64,000 bases of DNA, from IMG/VR virus record IMGVR_UViG_3300043672_000039, positions 9,187 through 73,186 of that record. The stretch is one strand, 5' to 3'. The notes under the pieces are model-generated. The model worked only from the letters and a program-made list of their open reading frames with translations. It was not told the DNA's origin and did no database searches. This document shows, one piece after another, positions 35,965-45,143 of this stretch. The stretch is from a virus (lineage: Duplodnaviria; Caudoviricetes). Numbering within the stretch: position 1 is the first letter of the stretch; every line of letters begins with the position of its first letter. A program made the position numbers and the translations under genes.

Positions 35965-36456
35965 TTACGCCCGATTCGACGTAAAATTTCCACGGACAAA
36001 TTTACGGAAAGCATACTTCGCTATAATGTCATAACGATTCGCTGCTTCCATCCGTGATGAAAAATGACCCAAGAAAAACTGTCTTCCGAAAACTTGAATG
36101 TCGGCCCTCCATTTTCCGGAGACCGAATTCCATGATACCCCCTTAAAACCGCTCGTGTTATCGCGCCTTCGGGCTGTATTCATTAGATTTTGTGACGGTG
36201 AGGCGATTCTTAAATTTTTTCTCGTGTTGTCAAGGCTATCTAAATTTTTATGATCAACCTGTATTTTCGGATTGAGAATTTTCAAAATCTGACGATGCAT
36301 TAGGATGGTTTTCTTTTTACCGGCGATTCTCACGTCCCGGGCCGCGTAATACCGAGACCCGCCCCAAAGAGAATACCATTTCTTTTTAATCAAAAAGGGG
36401 AAGTCCCGTTTATTCACTTTCGCATATAGCCCTCTAGTTAGCGGGATTTTTGTCAT
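35965..36456 (-). CDS. HNH_3-AP2 homing endonuclease
   Basis: IPLTRG..A.V, VDHKNLDSLDNTRKNL, SGFKGV...KWRA.I...LG.F. Confidence 0.9.
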   Translation of the reverse strand: MTKIPLTRGLYAKVNKRDFPFLIKKKWYSLWGGSRYYAARDVRIAGKKKTILMHRQILKILNPKIQVDHKNLDSLDNTRKNLRIASPSQNLMNTARRRDNTSGFKGVSWNSVSGKWRADIQVFGRQFFLGHFSSRMEAANRYDIIAKYAFRKFVRGNFTSNRA

Positions 36457-37649
36457 TCAGAAATTGGAACAGCCTTGAGAAAAGAATACGGCGCTCCCCT
36501 TTTAACCGCTTCAGCGGTGCTCAATTCCTCTTGAAATTGTTCGACCGTGGTTTTCTTCTGCCCGCGCGGGGCTTTGTCTGAGATCGCTTTTTCAACGGCT
36601 CCGAACAGCACATCAAGGGTGCTATTATATTCGTCTTCCGTAAGATAGGCGAGAGCGATGTTTTTAAACTTGTCCTTATCAACTAATTCCCGACGCGATT
36701 GAGAAACTATTTTGTATCCGGCGGGCAACTCCGCGTCGTTGCGCAAAATTCTATCAGTCGTTTGCGAACGAAAAGAATCCGCCCAGACTTTCACCACTTG
36801 CGCAAGTCGAAGTCCGAGCAGAGTTTGTCCCGGGGCCATCACTTCGCAGGGGGTAATACTTTCCGGAATCTCGACCGGATGAAACTTTGCCCCGACTTTG
36901 CATACCATGGCACATACCTTCGGACAACGCCCAAGATTAGCGCAGAACAAACATACGGGAACCATCGGGTTTGCGGCGGCGAAATCATCCGCGAGTTTCG
37001 CTGCCCGGGCTCTGGCGACGACAGTTTGCACCCGAAGATACAACGCAGGAATTTGATCTCGGGTAAAGGTTGCATCCGAGTTGAGCGGAATCGCTGGTTG
37101 ACGAAAGAAAAATCGTATAGACTTCAATCGAGGGAATTTTCGAAAGGCCCCGAGGACGTAGGCGATACATTGCAAATTATTTTCCGCCGGTTCGACACCC
37201 CAGATTCCGAATTTGTAGTCCACCATCTCCGCGTATTCCTCGGTATGATCAATGAGCAGATTATCGACGAAGCCCGCCGTTGTCGAGTCGGTGTCTTCGA
37301 ATTTACATTCATCCACCGCAAGTTCTATTTCCTTAAACTCTTGCGGAGACCGAGGATTCCCCCCCGTCTCGGAAGCCTTTTCCCATGCGATTTCCATCAG
37401 CCGTTTTCGACCATCGATGAAATCCGCGCACTCTGCGGCAGCAGTGTAATCATCGTCCGATAACGCATGGCTGTCTTCTCTCGTTTCTACAACGCCATGG
37501 GCGATTGTCCCCGCTATCGCGCGGATGTGAGCGGTGTTACGCGATTCGTAGCACGCGCAGGCTTCTCGATTTTGCAGCGTGCTAGGACTGAAAGGATGGT
37601 GCTTGCGTTCGATGGGCCATGTTTCCGGGGGGCGGGTTGCTTCACTCAT
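36453..37649 (-). CDS. PD-(D/E)xK exonuclease (DUF2800/Cas4-like)
   Basis: FSPS...C, GTIAH, EIEL, GFVD...MVDYKFG, N.Q..AY, C.FC...C. Confidence 0.85.
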   Translation of the reverse strand: MSEATRPPETWPIERKHHPFSPSTLQNREACACYESRNTAHIRAIAGTIAHGVVETREDSHALSDDDYTAAAECADFIDGRKRLMEIAWEKASETGGNPRSPQEFKEIELAVDECKFEDTDSTTAGFVDNLLIDHTEEYAEMVDYKFGIWGVEPAENNLQCIAYVLGAFRKFPRLKSIRFFFRQPAIPLNSDATFTRDQIPALYLRVQTVVARARAAKLADDFAAANPMVPVCLFCANLGRCPKVCAMVCKVGAKFHPVEIPESITPCEVMAPGQTLLGLRLAQVVKVWADSFRSQTTDRILRNDAELPAGYKIVSQSRRELVDKDKFKNIALAYLTEDEYNSTLDVLFGAVEKAISDKAPRGQKKTTVEQFQEELSTAEAVKRGAPYSFLKAVPISE

Positions 37650-37731
37650 TAGTAATTGGATGGATCATCCGGGGGTAGGGGTGGCATCAATACGATGACA
37701 AGTGTAATGCACAAAACAAAAAAGGCGTAAC

Positions 37732-37953
37732 TCATGCGATTAGTATCACATCGACCCGGTTGCCATACCCCGGGTCCGGCGTAATTTCTTGCCCGAAGTC
37801 TTCGCTATACCGTCCATCACCTTCATGCATGGCGGTAGTAATTTCCGCCTTCAACGGACGATAAGAATGATCCGGCCCGGAGCAGACAACGATAGAATTC
37901 GGCGGAGCCTTCTGAAGCAGGGCGATTAAATCTTTGGCCTTCAGAGTTTTCAT
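37732..37953 (-). CDS. Hypothetical protein
   Basis: Coupled ORF (LIALLQKAPPNSIV). Confidence 0.55.
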   Translation of the reverse strand: MKTLKAKDLIALLQKAPPNSIVVCSGPDHSYRPLKAEITTAMHEGDGRYSEDFGQEITPDPGYGNRVDVILIA

Positions 37954-38171
37954 ACGGAAAATTTCGCGTTGCTACACAGTTCCTTCATTAGCGTGTCCAG
38001 TTTGGCCAGCGCGAGCAACTCGGTCCGGCGGACGTATTGATGTGAGACGCCGAGCTTGGCCGCGACTTCCTCGCAGGACCGAATCGGCACGAGTTGATCC
38101 GCAATCTCGCGGCCACGTTTGAGTCGGGCCTTGAACGAGGGAGAGGAGTGCGTTACGTTTGAATGAGTCAT
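37950..38171 (-). CDS. Stand-alone sigma70 region-4-like HTH protein
   Basis: SCEEVAAKLGVSHQYVRRTELLALAKL matches the TLEEVG..LGVTRERVRQIE..AL.KL pattern. Confidence 0.6.
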   Translation of the reverse strand: MTHSNVTHSSPSFKARLKRGREIADQLVPIRSCEEVAAKLGVSHQYVRRTELLALAKLDTLMKELCSNAKFSV

Positions 38172-38401
38172 CGGGCACCCCCAGTCAGCGCGGACGCCGC
38201 CGCACATTTGGCCGTATGGGTTCCTCGATACCAGACCCGCTCAATGGTAGAGAGCAAGGGTCGATCTTTGTCGGCGAGTCTTTTCGAAACCGTTCGCGGA
38301 AGCTCAAGCTCGCGAGAGTCTGCAAGCGATTTCTGTTTTGATATTGCACGTCCATTCATATTTTCAATTTTTAGATTATTCGATTTTTGGTTTTTACACA
38401 A
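38168..38401 (-). CDS. Hypothetical protein
   Basis: Gap-filling ORF, start uncertain. Confidence 0.35.
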   Translation of the reverse strand: MCKNQKSNNLKIENMNGRAISKQKSLADSRELELPRTVSKRLADKDRPLLSTIERVWYRGTHTAKCAAASALTGGAR

Positions 38402-38490
38402 CTAAAGTTTTCAGAAATCTCCAAGCCCGAAATCAAAGGTGCCCTCAATGTCGAAGCAAGGAGCGAATCGCGGATCACCTTTGGAAAGGC

Positions 38491-38685
38491 TCAGCGTCCC
38501 ATTACTTGTTTGCGCATAGCGTCCCGAGCGGGTGCCCCTGTCGGACGCCAGTCCGAGTGCTCGACTGCGTTGAGCAGTCTTTTTTGGGCTTGTGCTTTTG
38601 CGGGAGTTGTCGATTTGCTTTTGGTTCCGCCGGGCGTGGATACCCGGACCTTTCCGCCTTTGAGTTTTCGCAGAGTTACTGGCAT
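38491..38685 (-). CDS. Small basic protein
   Basis: MPVTLRKLKGGKVRVSTPGG...AQAQKRLLNAVEH, ATG 7 nt after a GTGACTGTT motif. Confidence 0.65.
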   Translation of the reverse strand: MPVTLRKLKGGKVRVSTPGGTKSKSTTPAKAQAQKRLLNAVEHSDWRPTGAPARDAMRKQVMGR

Positions 38686-38692
38686 CAAACAT

Positions 38693-38701
38693 AACAGTCA
38701 C
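38693..38701 (-). promoter_or_regulatory. GTGACTGTT motif
   Basis: 7 nt before ATG 38685. Confidence 0.7.
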
Positions 38702-38779
38702 CTTTCCATTCTCCGGTGTCAATTTCATACTTCATCACCTTTCCCCGCCACGAAAAAGTAGCTCCACGGGAATAAAATT

Positions 38780-39091
38780 TCAGATCGCGACCCTGTCCCA
38801 TCGTTCCGGATAATATCGGCCCCAATACCAGTCGGCTATGGTGTCGAGCGTGCCGTAACAGTGCCCGCGATGGACCTGACCGTAAGCTTTGATCCCGAAG
38901 ATTTCGCCGGTCGCGTTGTCCACCATGAATTTCCCGGAAGTTCCCCGGTCAACTTTGGTGAATTTCCGCCCCGGGCGGATGTGAGATTTGGTGTTGATTT
39001 GATTCGCTTCGCAGTTCACGTCCGAGAGGACGAGTTGCGCGAGCCCATGGCGTTCGACGAGATCGGCGAAGGCTTGAAGTTTTTCTTTCAT
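38780..39091 (-). CDS. Hypothetical early protein
   Basis: KFTKVD..SGKFMVD..TGEIFGIKAYG. Confidence 0.65.
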   Translation of the reverse strand: MKEKLQAFADLVERHGLAQLVLSDVNCEANQINTKSHIRPGRKFTKVDRGTSGKFMVDNATGEIFGIKAYGQVHRGHCYGTLDTIADWYWGRYYPERWDRVAI

Positions 39092-39097
39092 ATTGGT

Positions 39098-39125
39098 AAG
39101 ATAGCAGAACGGCGTCGGTTGTCAA
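39098..39125 (-). promoter_or_regulatory. sigma70-type promoter, leaderless
   Basis: TTGACA-N16-TATCTT (TG extension), then N6-ATG 39091. Confidence 0.75.
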
Positions 39126-39514
39126 ATCGATTTTACGGAATCGTTCATTTCTTGCGCATAATCCGCGATGTTGGCGGCGTCCCATCCCGCGAGCCATGCC
39201 ATCATGTTCCGCTCGTTACGAGGAAAAACCTCCGGCATGTGCGCAATCGTCACGCGGGGCAGGCCAGCGCCCCATGCGGCGGCACCGGCTTGAGTCGCCC
39301 GGACCATTACGCGGTTCCCGGCGAGCATCGAGACGAATCGAATACCGGCTTCCGAAAGCTGCACTAGCGCGGTATCAGAGCACCCGTCAAGCAGGGTGGA
39401 AAGCTCCTCATGTTTCGAGACGGGAAAAGTGGTAAACTGCGAGAAGGCTTCGCGCAGCGCGTTCGTTTGCGCTTTCGAGAAGGTCGCCTCTTTGGTCATC
39501 GGTAGTAATTTCAT
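39122..39514 (-). CDS. Hypothetical early protein
   Basis: ORF directly under a sigma70 promoter. Confidence 0.65.
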   Translation of the reverse strand: MKLLPMTKEATFSKAQTNALREAFSQFTTFPVSKHEELSTLLDGCSDTALVQLSEAGIRFVSMLAGNRVMVRATQAGAAAWGAGLPRVTIAHMPEVFPRNERNMMAWLAGWDAANIADYAQEMNDSVKSI

Positions 39515-39520
39515 AAGGAG

Positions 39521-39549
39521 AAGATAACGTATCGGCGGTTAGTTGTCAA
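39521..39549 (-). promoter_or_regulatory. sigma70-type promoter, leaderless
   Basis: TTGACA-N17-TATCTT-N6-ATG 39514. Confidence 0.8.
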
Positions 39550-39773
39550 GCCCGGACAGCGGATTCCACCATTTCCTGCGCTATTCGGCATTTGAAACTG
39601 TGTCCAAGAAACCGGGTTTTGTCACCAATGCCGATATGCGCCCGCCATGCGTTAACATCACCGCCCGTGTTATCCGGGCGGTAAATAAAGCCGACTTCGA
39701 CCCCATTCAGGCGCATCACGCGCAGATTGGGCAGACTCCGGCTGACGACTTTGTCCCAAAAAATAGTAATCAT
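39546..39773 (-). CDS. Hypothetical early protein
   Basis: 75-aa ORF in the early cluster. Confidence 0.55.
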   Translation of the reverse strand: MITIFWDKVVSRSLPNLRVMRLNGVEVGFIYRPDNTGGDVNAWRAHIGIGDKTRFLGHSFKCRIAQEMVESAVRA

Positions 39774-39995
39774 AAAATCAAAGCGCGATGAGGTAGTCCG
39801 GCCAGTTCTTCATGAGTGGACTGGCAATGATTGGGTGCCCATAGTGGTTTTTGCGAATTTTACCCGTAGATGTAAAGTTCGCTTTGGATTTCATGCACGG
39901 CGACAATTGTTGCTCGCGAGATTTGATAACCTCTCACAGCACATAACACATTTCGGAAATTTCACTTTAATTGTTTTCATAATTTTCATGCCCTC

Positions 39996-40024
39996 AAATT
40001 AGCATGGCGCTCAAACGTTGTCAA
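39996..40024 (-). promoter_or_regulatory. sigma70-type promoter, leaderless
   Basis: TTGACA-N17-TAATTT (TG extension), then N6-ATG 39989 of a 32-aa ORF. Confidence 0.75.
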
Positions 40025-41466
40025 GGGGCAAAGTGAAGATTTTCCGGGCTGAGATCGGCGTCCGTAAGTGCGTCCAGATTGTCCAGTTTTGGCTTAAGCG
40101 CCGTGTAAATTTGGCTTTCCACGGTCTTAGCGGCGAAAATAACCCTATAAAATGAGCGGGATTTGCCACCGTGACGCGGCAACCGCCCGAATACCTGCCG
40201 CATAGTGGTCGCGGAGAACCCGGGAAACACAAGCCCAACCCGGGGGTGCTCGCCGTCCCTATCATCGAGCGAAACGGAGACCCCGCCCGCCTCGGAATTC
40301 AGAATGATATTGGGCTCCGAATTAGTCTGAAAATTCTCAATATTGACAACGCGGTTTTTCACCCCGTTTGCCGAACCGTCCACGATACAAGTAGTGTTTA
40401 AACGCTTGGAAAGCTCAGCAATTGTTTGAGCGAAATTGACGAAGACCGCGACTGAAAACCCTTTGGCGTTTAAATCCGCAACCAATTCTTCGACCACTGG
40501 CACCTTCAGCAATTCGATTTCCTGCCGAGCCCGGAGGATTTTAGTTAGCGGATGCTCCGGAGATTTGTCGGAGAGTGACGCGGATCGCAGTTGCGCAATC
40601 GATTGCGCCATTGATTTGTAAAGCTCGTCGATTCGCCCGCCCTTGTGCAAATCATAAAGCTCTGCGGAGATATCGCAACCGGGAAAATCCGGGATGTCTA
40701 TTTTACGAACCCGGATGCCGCGTTCTGGAATGATGGAGGCACGGATTGCGGCCATGACTTCTGCTTGCTTGGCTCGCGATACTGCCCATTTGAATCCACA
40801 GCCGGGAATCCGGCGCACACCGTAACGTCCCATCCATGAGTAGAAATCCCCGAGCTTATGAAGGTCGAGTGCGTAGCCGAGTGCCCGAAGATGCAAAGGT
40901 GAAGAAGCCGGAGTTGCTGATAATCCAAGGATTTTAAGATTTCCTCTTTTAGCTGCGATAAGTAAATCTGCGTTCTGCGAGTTGAGTCCGTTGCTGCGAT
41001 GGACTTCATCGAAGATGACGAATCGAACCCCGGGATGGAAGTTGAACTTCCCGAGCCGGGCGGGTTTTTTTCTCGTTTCGAAACCATGGATTCCCCCGGG
41101 ATGGCAGTAACACGGAGGGATAACTTCTCCATCGCTAAATTTACGTTGGCAATTGACGCATTGAAAATACATCTCGCGCGGTTTGGGTGTGCAATCCCAA
41201 TGACCGAATTGAGAACGTCCAGTCCGAAGGGACTCGTAATTGATAACGGACAATGTATCGCCAAAAGCTGACGCGGCTCGATGCCAAGCTGAAATGGAAA
41301 TAAGGGGGCAGACAACGAGGGTCGGAATTCGTAATTGGGATGCGACCCACGCCGCGATATAGGTCTTTCCGATACCACAGTCGGACATATCAAGCGCAGA
41401 ATTAGTGGCCCTGAGAATCTCCAATAGTTTTTTCGCCGGAATTTCTTGGTGCGGTCTAAGAGGCAT
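40021..41466 (-). CDS. SF2 (SNF2-like) DNA helicase
   Basis: LRPHQ, D.SDCGIGKT, IFDEVH, LSATP, motif V GGVSVSL, motif VI QVFGRLPR. Confidence 0.9.
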   Translation of the reverse strand: MPLRPHQEIPAKKLLEILRATNSALDMSDCGIGKTYIAAWVASQLRIPTLVVCPLISISAWHRAASAFGDTLSVINYESLRTGRSQFGHWDCTPKPREMYFQCVNCQRKFSDGEVIPPCYCHPGGIHGFETRKKPARLGKFNFHPGVRFVIFDEVHRSNGLNSQNADLLIAAKRGNLKILGLSATPASSPLHLRALGYALDLHKLGDFYSWMGRYGVRRIPGCGFKWAVSRAKQAEVMAAIRASIIPERGIRVRKIDIPDFPGCDISAELYDLHKGGRIDELYKSMAQSIAQLRSASLSDKSPEHPLTKILRARQEIELLKVPVVEELVADLNAKGFSVAVFVNFAQTIAELSKRLNTTCIVDGSANGVKNRVVNIENFQTNSEPNIILNSEAGGVSVSLDDRDGEHPRVGLVFPGFSATTMRQVFGRLPRHGGKSRSFYRVIFAAKTVESQIYTALKPKLDNLDALTDADLSPENLHFAP

Positions 41467-41506
41467 GGATTCACGGGAAATTTAAACCAGAGTCGTCCTA
41501 GGGTAA

Positions 41507-41971
41507 TCACCCTACAGGAACCCATATCGGACCAATCAATCGAGGAGAGTAACCGATCATCGACGGCGAGTATTTTTGATGTGAGAGCCCGCGCAGCAAA
41601 GGCACGCCAGCAAAATCGAAAGCAGCAGCGACAAGATCAGAGCAGAACCATTTTTTCTGCTCCAACGGATTCAATATCGACTTTCCATCGCGCGGCAGAA
41701 ACCGCAAGCACCCAACGAAGTCATACGGTTTCCCGCATTGACTCCCCAAAAAGGCTTGCGCGAGATATTCCTGATGCGGCGTCATCGAAACGTAGAATGC
41801 ATCTACCCCGCGCCAGTCGGTTTGTTTTTTGCGATGCACTCCGTAACGCGGCCAAGCTTCGATGACGGATTCATCTTCGAGTTGCACCGCGACGTGAGCA
41901 TATTTTCCCCACGTTTGCCAACGGATGAGAGTTGAAATCAGACCGTATCCTCGGAATAAAAGAATTTTCAT
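41507..41971 (-). CDS. Permuted papain-like NlpC/P60 (YiiX/YebB-like) enzyme
   Basis: YAHV...IEA...GKPYDF...WFCSDLV (His before Cys). Confidence 0.85.
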   Translation of the reverse strand: MKILLFRGYGLISTLIRWQTWGKYAHVAVQLEDESVIEAWPRYGVHRKKQTDWRGVDAFYVSMTPHQEYLAQAFLGSQCGKPYDFVGCLRFLPRDGKSILNPLEQKKWFCSDLVAAAFDFAGVPLLRGLSHQKYSPSMIGYSPRLIGPIWVPVG

Positions 41972-41975
41972 TATT

Positions 41976-42368
41976 TTAGGTTCCTTGTGGCCAAGGACAA
42001 AGCGTGGGCTCCGTCAACAAATCCGGATAGCGACTCAACGCAGTCTCGCGCACATTGATGTTAAACATCATAGCCGCCGCGTGGTCTTCATCCACAAGCC
42101 CGGCCATATAATCCTTCTGGTGCCGCATGAGCGACCGGCCCGCCCGTTCGTAAGCGGTCCGCGCAGAATCCCGAGTCTCAAAAAATTTCAACCAATTTCG
42201 AGCCGCGTATTTTTTTGCGCCCTTCGTAAGATGCGCGGCCCATCGTTCATACATCACGCCATCGAGAATGAGGGTGTAATCGAGTTTGCCGTCTTCAGTA
42301 TCGCGAACGCCCGCCCCAATGCTCGCGCGTTCTCCGGAATCTTTTATCACAAATTTGATATCGTTCAT
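41976..42368 (-). CDS. dNTP diphosphohydrolase-like (DUF5664-type)
   Basis: KDSGER...G.VRD...K..Y...GAKKY..RNW...RH...EDH.AA..FN. Confidence 0.75.
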   Translation of the reverse strand: MNDIKFVIKDSGERASIGAGVRDTEDGKLDYTLILDGVMYERWAAHLTKGAKKYAARNWLKFFETRDSARTAYERAGRSLMRHQKDYMAGLVDEDHAAAMMFNINVRETALSRYPDLLTEPTLCPWPQGT

Positions 42369-42380
42369 TCTGGTAAAAAG

Positions 42381-42824
42381 TTACTCGCCAATACCCATCT
42401 TGAGGTATTCAACAGGAATCCCCATCGACAGGGCGATTTTGATTTCGGCTTGCACACCCACGGATTCTAACCAACCGTCCGCCATGAGCACAACAAGTTT
42501 CTCGGAGAGCCGAAGGTATTCGATATCGACTTTCTTCCAGAATTCCCAATCGCCGCGCATGCCAATTTCGTGCAGCGGGTGCGAGTGCGTGATGGGTGAG
42601 AAAACATTGAGCCCTTCGGACTCCATCAAATACTTCGTTGCCTTGGTCGCGGCGAGGAATCGCGCCTTCCGCACTGAAGCTTTTTTGTGCGAGTAGGGGC
42701 AGGCGAGATATGTAAGCGGATGATAGGCGGCACGCTCGTAGCAAAGACTGCGCATCGCCATCTCGCTATTAATCACTGGAGACGACGCAAGTCGATGGGC
42801 CAATTTTTTCTCAATTGTGTTCAT
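42381..42824 (-). CDS. DUF1937-like nucleoside deoxyribosyltransferase-fold protein
   Basis: YLACPYSH...VFSPITHSH...W.ES.GV.AEI..A. Confidence 0.8.
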   Translation of the reverse strand: MNTIEKKLAHRLASSPVINSEMAMRSLCYERAAYHPLTYLACPYSHKKASVRKARFLAATKATKYLMESEGLNVFSPITHSHPLHEIGMRGDWEFWKKVDIEYLRLSEKLVVLMADGWLESVGVQAEIKIALSMGIPVEYLKMGIGE

Positions 42825-43000
42825 CGCACCACGGGGATTTCGCCTTCGGATTCGCCGCCGATTTTCTCGCCGGGCTTGCGCAGTCCTTCGCCGGGCCAAT
42901 ATGGATTCTGCCCGCCGACCGGGCTCTCCGAAGCAGCCTCGTCCTTCTTCAGGTCGCGGCCTTCGTCACCTTCGAGGATTTTGATTGCATCGTCACTCAT
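42821..43000 (-). CDS. Small acidic protein (59 aa, not in ORF track)
   Basis: MSDDAIKILEGDEG...IPVVR, ATGA overlap with the next gene. Confidence 0.5.
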   Translation of the reverse strand: MSDDAIKILEGDEGRDLKKDEAASESPVGGQNPYWPGEGLRKPGEKIGGESEGEIPVVR

Positions 43001-43001
43001 A

Positions 43002-43409
43002 TTATTTCAGTTTCTTTGGATCGAATTTATCGATTTTGATTTCGGCCTTGCACACTTGCATTTTTCCGTTGAGAAAATACTTGTTCCAAACGTCGCCGGT
43101 TTCTTCACCCTCACCATGGAGGGTGAATAGCACACCCGGAATTTCTTTGGAGAAACTTTTCATATCATCTTCGTGCTCATACCACTTGCACGGATCACAT
43201 TGGCTACCATCCGGAAGGACGCCAAAATTATCCTCCCTCGCGGTGATCAAATCGCTTACGAGCTTGTTGAGCGAGATAACTCCTACTGGTGTTCCACAAT
43301 CCGGGCAAAATTTTGCAGTGCCCCGAGGAGGATTGTGTTTGCAATTCGGAACATCGACGCGCCCCGGTTGTGCCTGCCATGTCAACTTATATACAGTGTA
43401 ATATCCCAT
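43002..43409 (-). CDS. Hypothetical protein with Zn-ribbon
   Basis: MGYYT..., CPDCG, KWY.HE.DM...S...P..LFTL.GEGEE. Confidence 0.65.
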   Translation of the reverse strand: MGYYTVYKLTWQAQPGRVDVPNCKHNPPRGTAKFCPDCGTPVGVISLNKLVSDLITAREDNFGVLPDGSQCDPCKWYEHEDDMKSFSKEIPGVLFTLHGEGEETGDVWNKYFLNGKMQVCKAEIKIDKFDPKKLK

Positions 43410-43410
43410 A

Positions 43411-44439
43411 TTATTCCATGGATACAGTCTCACAGGCAGCGGCACGTTGCGTCGCACTCGCGGTAACGAAATCGCTGATGCTCCAGAGACGGTTACTGAC
43501 TGGGGCAGTGCTGTCCTTCCAAATGCACCGGAGCTTCGGTCCGTTCTTCTGAACGGAGACCACCTTCGTCACATCGTTGTCGAGGGACCCGCTCAGTGGA
43601 TCAACGGTGCCGCCGATACCGGGGCGAGCCGTTGAATGCCAGTGCGTAAACCCTTGCGCCCGGATATATTCAAACTCGTGCTTGTTAGTGACGCCGGTAA
43701 TGACGATGATTCCGCCGGGCGCGAGATCAGGAATTGCCGCGTTGGCCGCGCTAACACAAGCATCAATCCAGAAACCTTCGTTGCTGCCGAATTTGTGCCA
43801 GTTGACGCCGGGAGGGAGCGCATTCGGCAGAGTCGCGAGAGACTTAATCATCTGAATGAAAATCGCTCGTGCCGGAGTGATGGGAAAAGCCGCAGTGATT
43901 TCGCCGGAGCCCCAAGCCTTGATGGTAGCGATGAACGAATCCGCGCCGGGGTTTGCTTTCACATCGGGAGTCGATGGGAACGCCGAATCTCCAAAAAATC
44001 GTTTCGACAATTCGTAGGCCGGTTGAGTCACATTGAAATTGATCGCGCCGATTGCGGTGATAATATCAACCAGCCCTCGACCGGTCAGTAGCAGCTTGGT
44101 CCCAATCCTCGCCACAGTCGGCGAACTTGTAGGTGCCGCCGGAACAGGTTCCGGGCGAGGACTGGAAGATTGAGCCGAAGGGAAAGGACTGGCGACGGCA
44201 GCGGGCGCGGGGGAAGCACCTAGCTGCTCGCCGCCAGTTGGAGGCAAAGTTGTGAGTGTCTCGCCATTCTTTCCGGCGGGTCCGTCATACCTCTCCTCTT
44301 TCGGCATCTCCGCGCCGGTGATGAGAGGGTTGTTCAACATGCCGGTGAGTGCGCGAAGTGTCGCGCTATCATTGCTCAGTGCGGACTTGTCGAGCGGACG
44401 GACGGGTTTCGAATTCAGGCCGAGGTCTTCTTTGTTCAT
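43411..44439 (-). CDS. Deoxynucleoside monophosphate kinase-like, degenerate P-loop
   Basis: KLLLTGR without GxGK, FWID..., IIVITGV...E..YIR..G. Confidence 0.45.
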   Translation of the reverse strand: MNKEDLGLNSKPVRPLDKSALSNDSATLRALTGMLNNPLITGAEMPKEERYDGPAGKNGETLTTLPPTGGEQLGASPAPAAVASPFPSAQSSSPRPEPVPAAPTSSPTVARIGTKLLLTGRGLVDIITAIGAINFNVTQPAYELSKRFFGDSAFPSTPDVKANPGADSFIATIKAWGSGEITAAFPITPARAIFIQMIKSLATLPNALPPGVNWHKFGSNEGFWIDACVSAANAAIPDLAPGGIIVITGVTNKHEFEYIRAQGFTHWHSTARPGIGGTVDPLSGSLDNDVTKVVSVQKNGPKLRCIWKDSTAPVSNRLWSISDFVTASATQRAAACETVSME

Positions 44440-45143
44440 AAAGTTGCGAGTGCGGGTGTAGGTTGCTTCGTTTTTCCAGTGAGGAATTTTCCAATGCGGC
44501 GAAAGATCGAGTCCCGGGCCTTTGGCTTCAATTCGGCGACGGTCTCCGGCACGAAAGCTTTGCGCGGCTCCGGGCAGGTGAAAGGAATGTTTCGCTTTTG
44601 AAGTTCTGCTTCGATTGCGGCCCGGGCGATGTCGAGATTTATTCCGCGCGTAATCAGCATTTGCTGAACCCCTTTCGACCGCGCATCCGTCAGATGCTCA
44701 ATCCTGCGGAACACTCGCAGCGTCCCGGCGCGGCGATAGATAGACCGGCGCAACCATCGCCCTAGCTGGGCCAGTTCAGCAGTCTTCATACGTGCTGCTA
44801 GTTTGGTTGCGCCGGGTTTGCGTGGCACCACAGATACGTAATGGGTCTCGCGGGCCGACTGAAAAGTTTTTCGTTCTCGGTTCGTCATCCGGCCAAGTCC
44901 GCCGGAGACGCCGAGCAATCGCTCGGTCGCGACTTCTTCCGGCATGGTATCCCGGTCGATGTCCTGCGGAGAAATATCCATCGCGGCCTGCAAAGCCTTG
45001 TCACAGGTCTCCGCGTCTTTGATAGCCCGCTCAGTCATCCCCGGATATGCGCCGTCCTCTTGGGCGCGAGCGAAGTGAACGAGCTTGTTCGCCGCTCGCA
45101 ATTCGTCTTCCCGCCTCAATATTGTTTTAGTAATCAATTTCAT
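44436..45143 (-). CDS. Hypothetical protein
   Basis: Coupled ORF. Confidence 0.6.
   Translation of the reverse strand: MKLITKTILRREDELRAANKLVHFARAQEDGAYPGMTERAIKDAETCDKALQAAMDISPQDIDRDTMPEEVATERLLGVSGGLGRMTNRERKTFQSARETHYVSVVPRKPGATKLAARMKTAELAQLGRWLRRSIYRRAGTLRVFRRIEHLTDARSKGVQQMLITRGINLDIARAAIEAELQKRNIPFTCPEPRKAFVPETVAELKPKARDSIFRRIGKFLTGKTKQPTPALATL

Noticed and set aside
38411-38728. 105-aa minus-strand ORF overlapping the small basic gene
   Set aside because: The nested frame 38491..38685 has the promoter motif at the modal 7-nt spacing and a more protein-like sequence
41976-42368. 2-aminoadenine (Z-genome) pathway suggested by the DUF5664-type gene
   Set aside because: No PurZ (adenylosuccinate synthetase-like) or HD-domain DatZ gene was recognised in the window
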